Shown: positions 31,456 through 42,478, counted from the stretch's first letter. The stretch is DNA of 64,000 bases from an uncultured archaeon (GCA_964632315.1 CAZWEM010000004.1:64001-128000); one strand, 5' to 3'. The notes: generated by a model not told the origin, from the letters alone. Made by a program: numbers and translations.

Positions 31456-32280
31456 TTAACTTACCTGTTCTATTAGCGTTGGAGTACGAATATCGATATT
31501 GTGTCTATTACAAACGTCCAATACTGCTTTATGTAATTCTGAGTCAATATAAGGGAGATTCTTTATATCAGAAATAAAAACATATAATGTATATTGAACA
31601 GCATAATTTTGGAATTCTGTTATCCAAACATATGGTTTAGGATCATTTAAAACTTGTGATACACTTTCTGGTACTTCTAATAGGGCTTTTTCAATCTTTA
31701 TTCTATCTTCTTTAAAGCTTGGGGTAATTGAAACACTTCTTCTAATAATTTTATCTTTTCCTAAATCTATAATCTCCGAATTCATTAATTGTTGATTAGG
31801 TACGGAGATTTGTATTTTATCTAGAGTAATCATAATGGTATAAATTAATTTTATTTCAGTAATATCCGCAATTTGATCGTTAAAAATTATTCTGTCTCCG
31901 ACGGAAAACGGTTTACTTACCATAATAATTATACCAGCGATCATATTTCCGATTGTACTCATAGAAGCAAAACCAATAACTGTTCCCCCCATAACAGTGA
32001 TCAGTGCAGTAAGCAACCCTAAACTTTGTGCAAATTGCATGAAAATAACAGTTAGTATGATCAAAATAATAAGATATTTCACTAAAGTCGATATATTAAT
32101 TGCAGTATTTCGTGCCAACTTTTCATTCTTCGCTAGTTTTAATAATTGCCTTTTAATTATGAGATTGATTATATAACCTATTAACACTGCTGCTAGTGAT
32201 ATTATTATCGGAAAGAAGTTTAAGAAAAACCAATTAAACATTAATGAGAATACGTCTTGATAAAGCAAAATTTTCCACAT
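31456..32280 (-). CDS. mscS: Small-conductance mechanosensitive channel family
   Basis: Three TM segments, NMIAGIII..KPFSVGDRI, VPN. Confidence 0.9.
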   Translation of the reverse strand: MWKILLYQDVFSLMFNWFFLNFFPIIISLAAVLIGYIINLIIKRQLLKLAKNEKLARNTAINISTLVKYLIILIILTVIFMQFAQSLGLLTALITVMGGTVIGFASMSTIGNMIAGIIIMVSKPFSVGDRIIFNDQIADITEIKLIYTIMITLDKIQISVPNQQLMNSEIIDLGKDKIIRRSVSITPSFKEDRIKIEKALLEVPESVSQVLNDPKPYVWITEFQNYAVQYTLYVFISDIKNLPYIDSELHKAVLDVCNRHNIDIRTPTLIEQVS

Positions 32281-32563
32281 TTTTAGTTATTTTAAATATT
32301 ATATCCATAAGCTATATTAAGATTATATTTCAAAAATATATAGAAAATGATTATAATTTATTAAAATAGGGAATTATCAACAGGTAAAGTATTATTTTCT
32401 TAAGATTTAAAGGATATTAACCTTGATGAGATAAAGAGTTCATTAATCTTTCTCGTTCAAGACTTAAATCATTTTCTTTTCAAAGTGGTTTTTTTTATTA
32501 ATTTGATTAATAATCTAGAACAAATGCTATTAAAATATATTTCTAACTTTAATAGATTACAGA

Positions 32564-34351
32564 TCAGACGAAAATTTGATGTTCAAAATATTGTCGGTAT
32601 AATTTTGCGTATTTTCCTCTTTCCTTCAGAAGAGAATGATGAGTCCCTTCTTCCACAAGTTTTCCATGATCTAATACAATAATTCGATCAGCATTGATAA
32701 CAGTAGACAATCTGTGAGCAATTATAATAGATGTTCGATTTTTTAAGAGTTCTTCTAATGCTTCTTGAATTATAGCCTCTGTATATGCATCAACACTAGA
32801 AGTAGCTTCATCTAATATAAGGATCTTTGGATCACTTAAAATAGCTCGAGCAAAGCTAATAATTTGTTTTTGTCCCATCGAAAGTCCTTTTCCTCTTTCG
32901 CCAATATATGTATTCAATCCTTCTGGTAAATAATTCATTATTTCTTCAGCATGAACAGTTTTAATGGCATTCCATAGGTCCTCCTCAGTAGCTTTTGGTT
33001 TTCCATATCGTATGTTTTCATCTATGGATCCGGAAAATAAAAACACATCTTGTTGAACGGTGCCGATTTGATCTCTATAAGTCTTTAAAGGAAGGTTTCT
33101 AATATCAATTCCGTCAACTTTTATTGATCCCTCTTGAAACTCATAAAATCTATTGATAAGTGAAATAATTGAAGTCTTACCAGCGCCTGTATGTCCTACG
33201 ATTGCCAATTTTTCACCGCTCTTTATTTTTAAATTAAAATTTCTCAAAACCCATTCATTTTCTTTATAATAAAAACCAACGTCATCAAATAATACTTCTC
33301 CCCTAATGTTGGCAATCTTTTCTGGTTTTGGAGTTTGCTTAAGCTCTGGTTCTGAATCTATCACCTCTAATATACGCTCATAGGCAGCCATACCAGTACT
33401 TAACTGAGGAAAAAAAGTAGCGAGTGTAATAATCGGTCTAAAGAATCCTTGTAAGTAAAGAATAAAAGTTACTATAACTCCTGGAGTAATTTCTCCTTGA
33501 ATCACAAGTAATCCACTATAATATATGATGATTAAAATAGTAATTGATGCGATTATATTTAGTAAATGCCTCCAGAGATGAGTAACAGCAGTTAATCTAA
33601 AATTAGCTTTAAAATATGTCTTATTGACCTCAAGAAATTTATTTGAGATTGTAGTTTCTTGCCCATAACTTTTTGCGACGTGAATTCCCTCTACAGATTC
33701 AATCATTGCATCATTAACTCCCTCAATGGCCTTTCTATAAATCCTACTTACCGATCTTGCAATTTTTCTTAAAGAAAACATTAAAAGCAAAACAATTGGT
33801 ACGGCTGCTAGCGCGATTAAAGCAAGAAATAAATTTAAGTAAGCTAAAATAAAAAATGTTAGGATGCTAATTAAGAAATTACCACCTGTTTCTGCGATTA
33901 ATGAGGTGGTGTCTCCAAAATCAAGAGCATCGTTAGTAACTCTCGTGTTTAACGCTCCACTTTGATAATAATCAAAAAAACTCATATCTTGTTCTTGAAT
34001 TTTATCAAATATATCCATGCGAAGGTCTTCTAAAAAATAGGGTACAAATTTGCCGTATTCCCTTCTTCTTAAATGAAACATTAGCCATACAACACCAGAG
34101 AAAAATACATAGCTCATAGTTATTAACAGAATCAGTAATAGATTTGGTTTACCAGAGGATAATTCATCTACCCCCCATCCAACTAAAAGAGGATTGAAGG
34201 TATCTGAAACCGTTGAGATCACAATAAAGAGTGAAATTAAGTATATGCTTTTTTTATAGGGTGCTAAACGCTTTATATAACGAAGAAATAGTTCACGATC
34301 GGAGTAATTCTTTGTTCTCTTTTGCTTAACTACTCCTGAATAAAGCCCCAT
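32564..34351 (-). CDS. ABC exporter half-transporter (TMD+NBD), TM288-like subunit
   Basis: GHTGAGKT, LSMGQ, ILDEATS, AHRL. Confidence 0.92.
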   Translation of the reverse strand: MGLYSGVVKQKRTKNYSDRELFLRYIKRLAPYKKSIYLISLFIVISTVSDTFNPLLVGWGVDELSSGKPNLLLILLITMSYVFFSGVVWLMFHLRRREYGKFVPYFLEDLRMDIFDKIQEQDMSFFDYYQSGALNTRVTNDALDFGDTTSLIAETGGNFLISILTFFILAYLNLFLALIALAAVPIVLLLMFSLRKIARSVSRIYRKAIEGVNDAMIESVEGIHVAKSYGQETTISNKFLEVNKTYFKANFRLTAVTHLWRHLLNIIASITILIIIYYSGLLVIQGEITPGVIVTFILYLQGFFRPIITLATFFPQLSTGMAAYERILEVIDSEPELKQTPKPEKIANIRGEVLFDDVGFYYKENEWVLRNFNLKIKSGEKLAIVGHTGAGKTSIISLINRFYEFQEGSIKVDGIDIRNLPLKTYRDQIGTVQQDVFLFSGSIDENIRYGKPKATEEDLWNAIKTVHAEEIMNYLPEGLNTYIGERGKGLSMGQKQIISFARAILSDPKILILDEATSSVDAYTEAIIQEALEELLKNRTSIIIAHRLSTVINADRIIVLDHGKLVEEGTHHSLLKERGKYAKLYRQYFEHQIFV

Positions 34352-34354
34352 TTA

Positions 34355-36157
34355 TCAAATCACACCCTCTTCTCGTTTAATTGGAGGTAAATCTAAATGT
34401 TTTCCAAATATCCGCCTGTAGTCTTGTGATCTTGTGATAAGAGCATTATGATTTCCTTCTGCCACAATTCTCCCGTTCTTTAGAACTAAAACCTTATCCG
34501 AATTTCTAATCGCATTTAAACGGTGAGTTATAATTATCGTGGTTCTTCCTTTCAAGACATTCTCAATAGCCTTCCCGATTTTCTCTTCAGTTTCACTATC
34601 TACTGCAGATACAGAATCATCAAGGATTACGATAGCGGGTTTGGTTAGTAAGGCACGTGCGATAGCAATTCTTTGCCTCTCTCCTCCAGAAAGTCTAGTT
34701 CCTCTTTCTCCTACTATTGTATCATATTTTTCTGGAAATAGCTCAGCGAAATCTTCAACTTGGGCTAATCGTGCAGCTTCAAGGATCTCATCATCTCCAG
34801 CCTCTGGTTTTCCAAACGAAATATTTTCTTTAATTGAACGTGGAAATAGGTAAATATCTTGCTCTACGTATCCTATATGTTTTCTTAATATTTCTAGTGG
34901 ATAATTTTGTATGTCAATTCCATCTAAAAGTATAGTTCCACTGCTTGGCTTATAAAGCGACAATATCAATTTAGCTAATGTAGTTTTACCACATCCAGTA
35001 GGTCCCACTAATGCAACAGTTTGATTGGGCTCAATAGAGAAGGTCAAATTCTCAAAAACTGGAGTGACATTATTAGATTCATCTTCATAATCAAAACTGA
35101 CATTTTTAAATTCAATATGACCTTGAAAATTTTCTGGCCATCTATTTAGAGTAGTTGCAGAATCATTTTCGCTTTCCCCTTTTGATAAGGCCTTAAAAAG
35201 CCTTTTACATGCTGCAAAACCACTCATCATATCGTTAGTTGCCCAGAAAATTGTATTTGTGGGATCGATTAATGTTGTTAATAATAGATTGACAGAAACT
35301 AATACTCCAATCGTAAGTGTATTAAAATATACAAAAATACAGCTTAACATGAACATTGTACTAATCGCTAAATACAAAATTAATAAGGGATAAAATCTAG
35401 ATTGTACTCTGTTTTCTCCGATCCAATTATCCCTAAATGCTCGAACCGCTGAAAGGAATTTTTTACGCTCTCTTTTTTCAGCCGTGAAAGTCTTAATTAC
35501 CGATGTACCACTAATGTCATCTTGAAGGGTTATTGCGATATTGGAATGCTTTTTCATTCTTGCGGTAACAAATGGCGAAAGTGCTTTTCGATAATGCAGA
35601 ATAAAATATAGGTAGAAAATAAGGAATGGAATGAAAAATAAAGCAAGTTTAAAATCAAGTAGGTCAAATAAAATAATAGCGGTTATAGCTACTTGAATAA
35701 ATGGATAAATATAAAAAGCACCGTGAGAGACCATCGTATTAATAATTCTCAGATCATAAGTAGCTAATGCTTGCAAATCTCCCGTTCTTGCACTATCATG
35801 ATATTTAAGTGATTTTGATTGAATTACATCAAAAAATTCAGTTCGCATATCTTTTTCAATTTTTAGCCCTAAATAGTGACCCAACATCATTGAACTATAA
35901 TCCATAGAGATGTTTATTAGGTATAAAGATAAAGCCAAAAAAATGAAAGGAAGAATTTCTGTTATAGTGCTAATCTGTATCGTCTTATCAACAATATCTC
36001 CCAATACGAGAGGAATTAGTGTTCTTGTAAACAGAACAAAAACTATGGTAATACCAACTAACAAAACAAATATTTTTTGCCTAAACAGATGGTGTAAAAG
36101 CCAAGATAAGTGGCTTTTATATCTTCTAATTTCTGAGTTCATAAATTTTTCATCCAA
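34355..36157 (-). CDS. ABC exporter half-transporter (TMD+NBD), degenerate-Walker-B subunit
   Basis: GPTGCGKT, LSGGE, ILDDSVS (E to D substitution). Confidence 0.92.
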   Translation of the reverse strand: MDEKFMNSEIRRYKSHLSWLLHHLFRQKIFVLLVGITIVFVLFTRTLIPLVLGDIVDKTIQISTITEILPFIFLALSLYLINISMDYSSMMLGHYLGLKIEKDMRTEFFDVIQSKSLKYHDSARTGDLQALATYDLRIINTMVSHGAFYIYPFIQVAITAIILFDLLDFKLALFFIPFLIFYLYFILHYRKALSPFVTARMKKHSNIAITLQDDISGTSVIKTFTAEKRERKKFLSAVRAFRDNWIGENRVQSRFYPLLILYLAISTMFMLSCIFVYFNTLTIGVLVSVNLLLTTLIDPTNTIFWATNDMMSGFAACKRLFKALSKGESENDSATTLNRWPENFQGHIEFKNVSFDYEDESNNVTPVFENLTFSIEPNQTVALVGPTGCGKTTLAKLILSLYKPSSGTILLDGIDIQNYPLEILRKHIGYVEQDIYLFPRSIKENISFGKPEAGDDEILEAARLAQVEDFAELFPEKYDTIVGERGTRLSGGERQRIAIARALLTKPAIVILDDSVSAVDSETEEKIGKAIENVLKGRTTIIITHRLNAIRNSDKVLVLKNGRIVAEGNHNALITRSQDYRRIFGKHLDLPPIKREEGVI

Positions 36158-36231
36158 TCTATTAACTTAAAAATTTCCCAAATCATAAAAGATTACTGAT
36201 AATCACACTTAATGAAAATCATTAGATTGAA

Positions 36232-37284
36232 CTAGGTTTGAGAAAGTAGTTCTATCAGAGCTCGTGGAATTTCCTTATAATTCTTTACTGCAAAAAACTT
36301 TCCTCTCCCGGCATTAGCAATTTCGCGACATGTGTCAATTCCCCGATCAGCATCATTATTAGCGGGCATTCCTATAACGTGTAATTTAGGAAAGTTTTTG
36401 GCTAATCCTATGGGATCCTTTCCACGATTATAATTCCCATCTGTAATTAATATCCCGAATTTTTGATGAGTCTTTTCTTTGATTTTGTTAAGTTCTTTTA
36501 AACCTTTTTCAAGACCAATAGAAATATTAGTAAACCCTACTGCTTCCGAATCCAAAATTTCATCAATAATAGTAAATACGGGTTTTTTCTGATCTATTTT
36601 TTTGAGAGTCATCGCTGTAGAATTAAATAGAATGATGGCGAATTCCTCCTTTTCCATATTATAAGCAAGGACAGATGTAGTCAATGCAGCATTCAGTAAT
36701 AATCGTCCATACATGCTACCGCTCGTGTCAAGGATCAAAACAACCTTCCTTTTTTGTCTTTGTCGCTTAATTCCATGTATATCATTATATGCGAGTGTTT
36801 TATTAGCAACTTTTAAAGGGTGGTGTTGCAGAGTCTCATCCAAATCAAACTCGGGTTCTCCTATTTGATAAAAAGGTATGACCTTCTTGAATGAACCCCT
36901 TATTCCTTTACTTGTAATTCTTAAGGAAGTTTTTATTATACTTTGACGAGCTAATCTTCGAAAAATATATTTATACTTTTTAGAGATGGGTCTTCTTATG
37001 AAAAAGTAAACTTCTGCCATAGATTCAGCTGACTCTTTGGCTTTCTCTGTGAAGAATTTTACTCCTTCATCAGAATCTAATGCATCAGTTGCTGCATATA
37101 CGTTTGACTTCAATAATCCCATTATTGCTTCCAAATTTTTATAACTTATAGCTAAATAAGTCAACTCTTTAATTTGTTTATAATCTAAAGAATTTGCTAA
37201 ATGTAGATAATAATCTGGCTTTCTCTTTTTCTTTCGAATTATCTCATACCTCAAAATTTCATTATCAGGGATCCTTTCAGTCAT
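36232..37284 (-). CDS. VWA-domain protein (MoxR partner)
   Basis: MIDAS motif DTSGSM, GFTNI, ITDG; the frame stays open upstream to 37356. Confidence 0.88.
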   Translation of the reverse strand: MTERIPDNEILRYEIIRKKKRKPDYYLHLANSLDYKQIKELTYLAISYKNLEAIMGLLKSNVYAATDALDSDEGVKFFTEKAKESAESMAEVYFFIRRPISKKYKYIFRRLARQSIIKTSLRITSKGIRGSFKKVIPFYQIGEPEFDLDETLQHHPLKVANKTLAYNDIHGIKRQRQKRKVVLILDTSGSMYGRLLLNAALTTSVLAYNMEKEEFAIILFNSTAMTLKKIDQKKPVFTIIDEILDSEAVGFTNISIGLEKGLKELNKIKEKTHQKFGILITDGNYNRGKDPIGLAKNFPKLHVIGMPANNDADRGIDTCREIANAGRGKFFAVKNYKEIPRALIELLSQT

Positions 37285-37340
37285 CCTAACATGGAGACGC
37301 TGCTTCTCCTTCTCCTCTTCTCTAGGGGAAAAATCATCGA

Positions 37341-38213
37341 TTATTGAAAATCCGTCTTATTTAGCACTGTAAGGACTAGATCAGTTATAACTTCAGATTT
37401 GTTTCGAGTAATTCCATCTTCTAATTCAATTTTATTATGTAAAGACATAATTGAATTTTCAATCCACTCTTTTGTGCTTTTTGAATTACCTGTTCTTGAA
37501 ATGATATCTGCTAAGTCAATTGCTCCTCTTATTGAACTTCCACGTCTGAGAGAACTACTCCCCCTTGAAAGTTGAACAATTTTTTGAGCAATTTGTGCTA
37601 TTTTTTCTCCTTCCGAATCATTTAGACTCGCTTCTTTCTTAATTATTAAGACTTCTTCGTCAGGATTTTGATAATCCAATTTTATCCAGATAAATCTGTC
37701 TTTTAATGCTTCTCCAAGTATAGTAACTCCAATATGAGCTGCTGGATTTTGGGTAGCTATAACAAAAAAGTTATCCTTAGCTTCAATTAGCCCTAGTTTA
37801 GGAATATCAATAATCCGTTCATCTAAGGAAGTTAAAAGAGAGTTTTGAGTGTTTTCTGGCATTCTGTTAATCTCGTTGATGAATAAACAACCACCATTTT
37901 GCATTGCTTTGGTTAATGGACCATAAATATAGGAATCTTTAGTATAACCATTTGAAATGGCGAGTGGCGGATCAAAATATCCAATAAGATTATGCGGCAA
38001 AGTTTCCTCAGAACAATCTATCCTATAGAAATTAGAATCAAAATAAGATGCTAAAGCTTTAGCTATTGTAGTTTTTCCCACTCCTACATCTCCCTCAATA
38101 AGGATATTTTTCCCTACTGAACGTGCTAAAATCATTTTTCGTAATTCTTCTGACCTACCAATAATAGCATACTTCTGTTGTATTTCTTTGACAGTTTCAG
38201 ACACATCTACCAT
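37341..38213 (-). CDS. MoxR-family AAA+ ATPase
   Basis: GDVGVGKT, FINEINR, ATQNP, ALKDRF. Confidence 0.9.
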   Translation of the reverse strand: MVDVSETVKEIQQKYAIIGRSEELRKMILARSVGKNILIEGDVGVGKTTIAKALASYFDSNFYRIDCSEETLPHNLIGYFDPPLAISNGYTKDSYIYGPLTKAMQNGGCLFINEINRMPENTQNSLLTSLDERIIDIPKLGLIEAKDNFFVIATQNPAAHIGVTILGEALKDRFIWIKLDYQNPDEEVLIIKKEASLNDSEGEKIAQIAQKIVQLSRGSSSLRRGSSIRGAIDLADIISRTGNSKSTKEWIENSIMSLHNKIELEDGITRNKSEVITDLVLTVLNKTDFQ

Positions 38214-38342
38214 AAGTTCTAAAATTTATCATTTCTAAAAAACTAGTCTGCTAGATTTTATTCCTCTTAAGAATTTGAAGAAACCTGTAATGATAATATT
38301 TTGAGAAAGGTTTTCTTTCAGAATTCATTTTAATTTTGCATA

Positions 38343-39194
38343 ATGCCGATATCTTCCGAATTTATCAAGCTGGTCGAAGAAGTATCAAATGAAATTAATT
38401 TACCAACAATAAAAGATATTATTGTACCACCCTACAATAATGAGTCAAAGAAAGCAAACTTTTCTGCAATTGTATTAGAGGATTCTACAATAGGTTTAAT
38501 TTTTATCAATCTTAATCCAACAATTAAACAAAAATTTAAAACAGAGGACTTTTCGAAATTAAAAAAGAGGGGATTATTGCAATTATCAAGATCATTTAAA
38601 TCTAAGGACTTATTTGAAAAATCACTGGGTTTAGGTTGTATTAATGCGATTAGCCAATTCATTTTTAAAAAAGCAAACTTTAATCTTAATTTCACATCTG
38701 ATTCCCTTGGCTTGCTAAATATTAAACATAATGATATAATTGGCATGGTAGGTTTTTTTCCACCCTTGGTAAAATTAATTGAAAAAATCGGATCTAAATT
38801 GATTATCATTGAAAAAAAACAAGAATTAGTTCAAGAGACAAATTCATGGACAGTAACCCTTGAACCAAGTAAGTTAAAAGATTGTAATAAAATTTTAATT
38901 ACAGGAACTACAGTTTTAAATGAAACAATCGATAATATTTTACAGTATTGTACAAATGCAACACACGCATCTATTATAGGGCCTTCTGCTAGCTTTCTGC
39001 CGGATCCTATATTTGAGCGAGGTATTAATATTATAGGGGGTGCCTTCGTTATTGATTCAGATTATTTAATCAGATCGATACAAGGAAATATAAAATGGGG
39101 TAAATCTGTTGAGAAATATGTTATTCATAGGGAAAATTATCCAGGATATGAGGATTTTATTTCTCATATACTCAAAAACAATTCACAATTATAA
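38343..39194 (+). CDS. DUF364/DUF4213-family protein
   Basis: LGCINAISQ, MVGFFPPL, ITGTTVLNETI and GPSASFLPD motifs. Confidence 0.82.
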   Translation: MPISSEFIKLVEEVSNEINLPTIKDIIVPPYNNESKKANFSAIVLEDSTIGLIFINLNPTIKQKFKTEDFSKLKKRGLLQLSRSFKSKDLFEKSLGLGCINAISQFIFKKANFNLNFTSDSLGLLNIKHNDIIGMVGFFPPLVKLIEKIGSKLIIIEKKQELVQETNSWTVTLEPSKLKDCNKILITGTTVLNETIDNILQYCTNATHASIIGPSASFLPDPIFERGINIIGGAFVIDSDYLIRSIQGNIKWGKSVEKYVIHRENYPGYEDFISHILKNNSQL

Positions 39195-39197
39195 GCT

Positions 39198-40076
39198 TCA
39201 ATTAAAAAAAATGTGATATAACGAGGGCATATTAGGAATTGGAAGAAAATTAAATACATAAAGAAATAGGAATGCAAATCCAAGTAATGTAAGAACTATA
39301 AAAATCATATCTAACAAATTAAACCGAATTTTAATTAAGTTTGTCCTTGTTTTATAGATCCCAAAACATCGATTCTCCATAGAAAGAGAGGTTATTTGTC
39401 CTTTTCTCAAAGTAGATACCAAGGTCCCAATCATTCTCTCAGTGATAAATGAATATGCTTTACGAAACGTTTTAACTTGATCCATGCTAAAGCCACGTGC
39501 TTTTTGAGCTAATGCAATTGTTTTAGCCTCTTCTTCAATTGAAGGAATGAATCGAAGACCCACCATAAAAGCAAAACAAAATTTATATGGAATTCTCATT
39601 TTGATTAGCGCGTACACAAAATCTTTAGGAGAAGTTGTATTAGTAAACAATATCGCTGAAGTGTAAAGAGTTAATATAATAAAGAAAGCTTTTAAAGCAA
39701 AGTATACTGCTAATCTTCTAATTGGTAAAAATCGTAAGTTAAACAAATAAAATAGAATGATTTCATTCTCAGTTGGCAGGGCATTAAAAAAGATATTTAA
39801 AACAACACTAATTAGCAAAATTATTACCATAAAACGTAATTTTTTAAAAATAAACTTTGGTGTAATTTTGGCTATAAACAACATAATGATAACAGATAAA
39901 GATAATAAGGATTGTAAAATAATGCTACCAATAAGGAAGGTTTCGATTGTTAGAAATAAAAGAAATAATAATTTTGAAATTGGTGTTAATTTGTGAAAAA
40001 AAGAATTGTTTGAAATATATGCAAATAGATAATCTCTATTATCTAATATTCGGTTTTTATGTGCCAGATAATTCAC
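39198..40076 (-). CDS. ecfT: ECF transporter T component
   Basis: HKLTPISKL, LRFIP, AQKARG, SMENRCF. Confidence 0.92.
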   Translation of the reverse strand: MNYLAHKNRILDNRDYLFAYISNNSFFHKLTPISKLLFLLFLTIETFLIGSIILQSLLSLSVIIMLFIAKITPKFIFKKLRFMVIILLISVVLNIFFNALPTENEIILFYLFNLRFLPIRRLAVYFALKAFFIILTLYTSAILFTNTTSPKDFVYALIKMRIPYKFCFAFMVGLRFIPSIEEEAKTIALAQKARGFSMDQVKTFRKAYSFITERMIGTLVSTLRKGQITSLSMENRCFGIYKTRTNLIKIRFNLLDMIFIVLTLLGFAFLFLYVFNFLPIPNMPSLYHIFFN

Positions 40077-41866
40077 ATCCCTTGTATGAGTTTATTTATT
40101 TTATTTAATAATAATATTGGTCCAAGATTTTGATGTTTATTGAAATAGTTCTCTTTGGTGTCATAATCAATTAATGTACCATTTTTATTCAATTCTAAAA
40201 TTCGCTTGGTATATTTTAATAGGAGATGATAATCATGTGAGGAGATTATAATTGTTTTGCCTCTTTTATTTTCTAAATAAAGCGTCTCAATTAGAAAATC
40301 TATTGTCCTTTGGTCTTGCCCTATAAAAGGTTCATCTAATAAAATAATTTCTGGATTATAAATGAAGATTGAACTTAAATTCAATCTTCTTTTCTGGCCC
40401 CAGCTTAATTGGAAAGGATTTCGATTCTGATCTACAATACCTATTAATCTAATTAGTTTGTTTAAGTATTGATCTGAAATTTTATCTGCTATATTAAAGT
40501 TTATGGGAGCATATAATATTTCATCTTTTAAAGTTTGTTTAAAGATCATATTTTCTGGATTCTGAAATATAAATCCGATTTTTTGAGCATATTCAATTGG
40601 ATCAATGCTGCTTAAATTCATTCCGTTAAAAAAAATCTTTCCTTTGGTTGGTTGGTATAGATTAGCTAATAAATACAACAAAGTTGTTTTTCCCGAACCG
40701 TTTGCTCCAATTACCCCTATAAAATCGCCTTTCTCAATCTTTATGCTTAAATTCTCGATTGCTTTGATTCCACTATTAGGGTATTTAAAACCTAACTCTT
40801 TAGTTTCTAAAATTACATTTTTTTCAGTAATTTTATTATTTCTGACTGAATCTTCAGGTATTTTACCTTTTAGCGATTCAATGTACAAATCTGAAAAAAG
40901 AATTTTTAAATCATTAGGATTGTAAAATTCTTCAGTTTTAGGATTAATTTCGGAATCAAGAGTAATTTTCTTTAATAAGATAAGATCTTTTTTGTTTAAA
41001 TCTCCGATAAGGTCAAAGATCTGCTCGAAATGAATTGGTTTTGGTGTATTCGGATGATTTTGCTTATTTAATTGATTAAAAACATCACTGAACCATGGAA
41101 CCCTAAGATTACACTTTTTTAACACATTATAATCATTTGTAAAAACTTCTCCTATTTTCCCCTTTACTTGAGATTCTCCGTTCTCATTTAAAACAAGAAT
41201 TTTATCTGCAATATCCAATACCCTAGCTAATCGATGTTCAATTATTATGAGTGTAAGGGAATATCTCTCTGATTGTTTTAATTTTTTTAATTGATTTAAT
41301 AATAAACTCTCTGAATTTTGATCTAAATAAGCAATTGGTTCGTCTAAAATTAAAATTTTAGGTTCCATTGCCAAAAATGAACTAAGTACGGTAAGTTGTT
41401 TTTGACCCCCACTCAATTGATTTATATCTCTATTTAGTAGATGTTTAATTTGCATAAATTCGGCAATCTCATCTACTTTTTTTACTATATCTTCTTCTGG
41501 ATATTGTAAATTTTCTAAACCGAAAGCTATTTCATCCCTAACTGTAAATGTAGTTAATTGATCTAATGGGTTCTGGTTAACTAGGCCAACTATTTTACTT
41601 AATTCCGAAAATTTATAATCCCATACATCTTTACCAAAAATCTTTACAGACCCTTTCATATAACCCTTTAATCGCCATGGAATAATACCATTCATCGCAT
41701 AAGAGAGGGTAGATTTTCCGCTTCCACTTGGTCCAGCTATGATTAACGTTTCTCCATCTCTAAGCTCAAAAGTAATATTTGAAACTGCAGGAGTTTTATT
41801 TTTTTCCTTTCCATAAATAAAAGAGAAGTTATCATAAGAAAGGGCGGCATTATTAATTAGGATCAC
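40073..41866 (-). CDS. ECF transporter fused tandem ATPase (A-A')
   Basis: Two NBDs: GPSGSGKS/LSGGQ/LDEP and GANGSGKT/LSWGQ/LDEP; QNP Q-loops. Confidence 0.92.
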   Translation of the reverse strand: MILINNAALSYDNFSFIYGKEKNKTPAVSNITFELRDGETLIIAGPSGSGKSTLSYAMNGIIPWRLKGYMKGSVKIFGKDVWDYKFSELSKIVGLVNQNPLDQLTTFTVRDEIAFGLENLQYPEEDIVKKVDEIAEFMQIKHLLNRDINQLSGGQKQLTVLSSFLAMEPKILILDEPIAYLDQNSESLLLNQLKKLKQSERYSLTLIIIEHRLARVLDIADKILVLNENGESQVKGKIGEVFTNDYNVLKKCNLRVPWFSDVFNQLNKQNHPNTPKPIHFEQIFDLIGDLNKKDLILLKKITLDSEINPKTEEFYNPNDLKILFSDLYIESLKGKIPEDSVRNNKITEKNVILETKELGFKYPNSGIKAIENLSIKIEKGDFIGVIGANGSGKTTLLYLLANLYQPTKGKIFFNGMNLSSIDPIEYAQKIGFIFQNPENMIFKQTLKDEILYAPINFNIADKISDQYLNKLIRLIGIVDQNRNPFQLSWGQKRRLNLSSIFIYNPEIILLDEPFIGQDQRTIDFLIETLYLENKRGKTIIISSHDYHLLLKYTKRILELNKNGTLIDYDTKENYFNKHQNLGPILLLNKINKLIQGM

Positions 41867-41872
41867 CCTCTA

Positions 41873-42478
41873 TTAAAATGTAGTTGGTACGCCAGCTTTT
41901 ATAAGACTACTTTTTACCACTTTACCCAATAATCCAACAATTAACATGCCTGAGATAAAAGCAAACATGAAAGCAAGGACCCATAAAGACCAGTGGAGAG
42001 CCCATCTCTGATTTACTATCCAGAAAAAAGGAGCTTGAAAAAAGTTGCCAAATCCCCCTGCAATAGCCCATCCTAATTTCGTTTCACCTTCCCCAATTTT
42101 TTCCATTAACCAGAATCCGCCTGCCAAACATAATCCTTCCATTACATTCACAAAAATGATTAGTAAACCCCAAGGATCACCAAATAAAAACTCAAGTAAT
42201 CCTTTAGAAAACATAGTGATTAATATATTAGGTTTTTTTTTAGTTAAACCGTAAATTATTGACGCCCATATGACATGATGCCCACTTATTAATTGCGTGC
42301 CCCCTGTTAAAGGATACCAAACTTTAATTAGTATACTAAAAGGTATTAAGCTAGATATAATCCCTCCCAATACCCCAATTATTGTAGAATAGAGTAAATC
42401 TAAATTAGTTATCTTCTTTGACTCAACTTTATACCCTGTTTCTCTATATGTTTCATTAGTTTTTTCTTGGGTTTCCAT
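41873..42478 (-). CDS. ECF transporter substrate-specific S component (YkoE-like)
   Basis: ~200 aa, about 6 TM segments, directly upstream of the A and T genes; C-terminal LIKAGV. Confidence 0.8.
   Translation of the reverse strand: METQEKTNETYRETGYKVESKKITNLDLLYSTIIGVLGGIISSLIPFSILIKVWYPLTGGTQLISGHHVIWASIIYGLTKKKPNILITMFSKGLLEFLFGDPWGLLIIFVNVMEGLCLAGGFWLMEKIGEGETKLGWAIAGGFGNFFQAPFFWIVNQRWALHWSLWVLAFMFAFISGMLIVGLLGKVVKSSLIKAGVPTTF

Noticed and set aside
32564-36157. Degenerate motifs in the ABC pair as a sign of pseudogenisation
   Set aside because: One degenerate nucleotide site is the normal pattern in heterodimeric TM287/288-type exporters.
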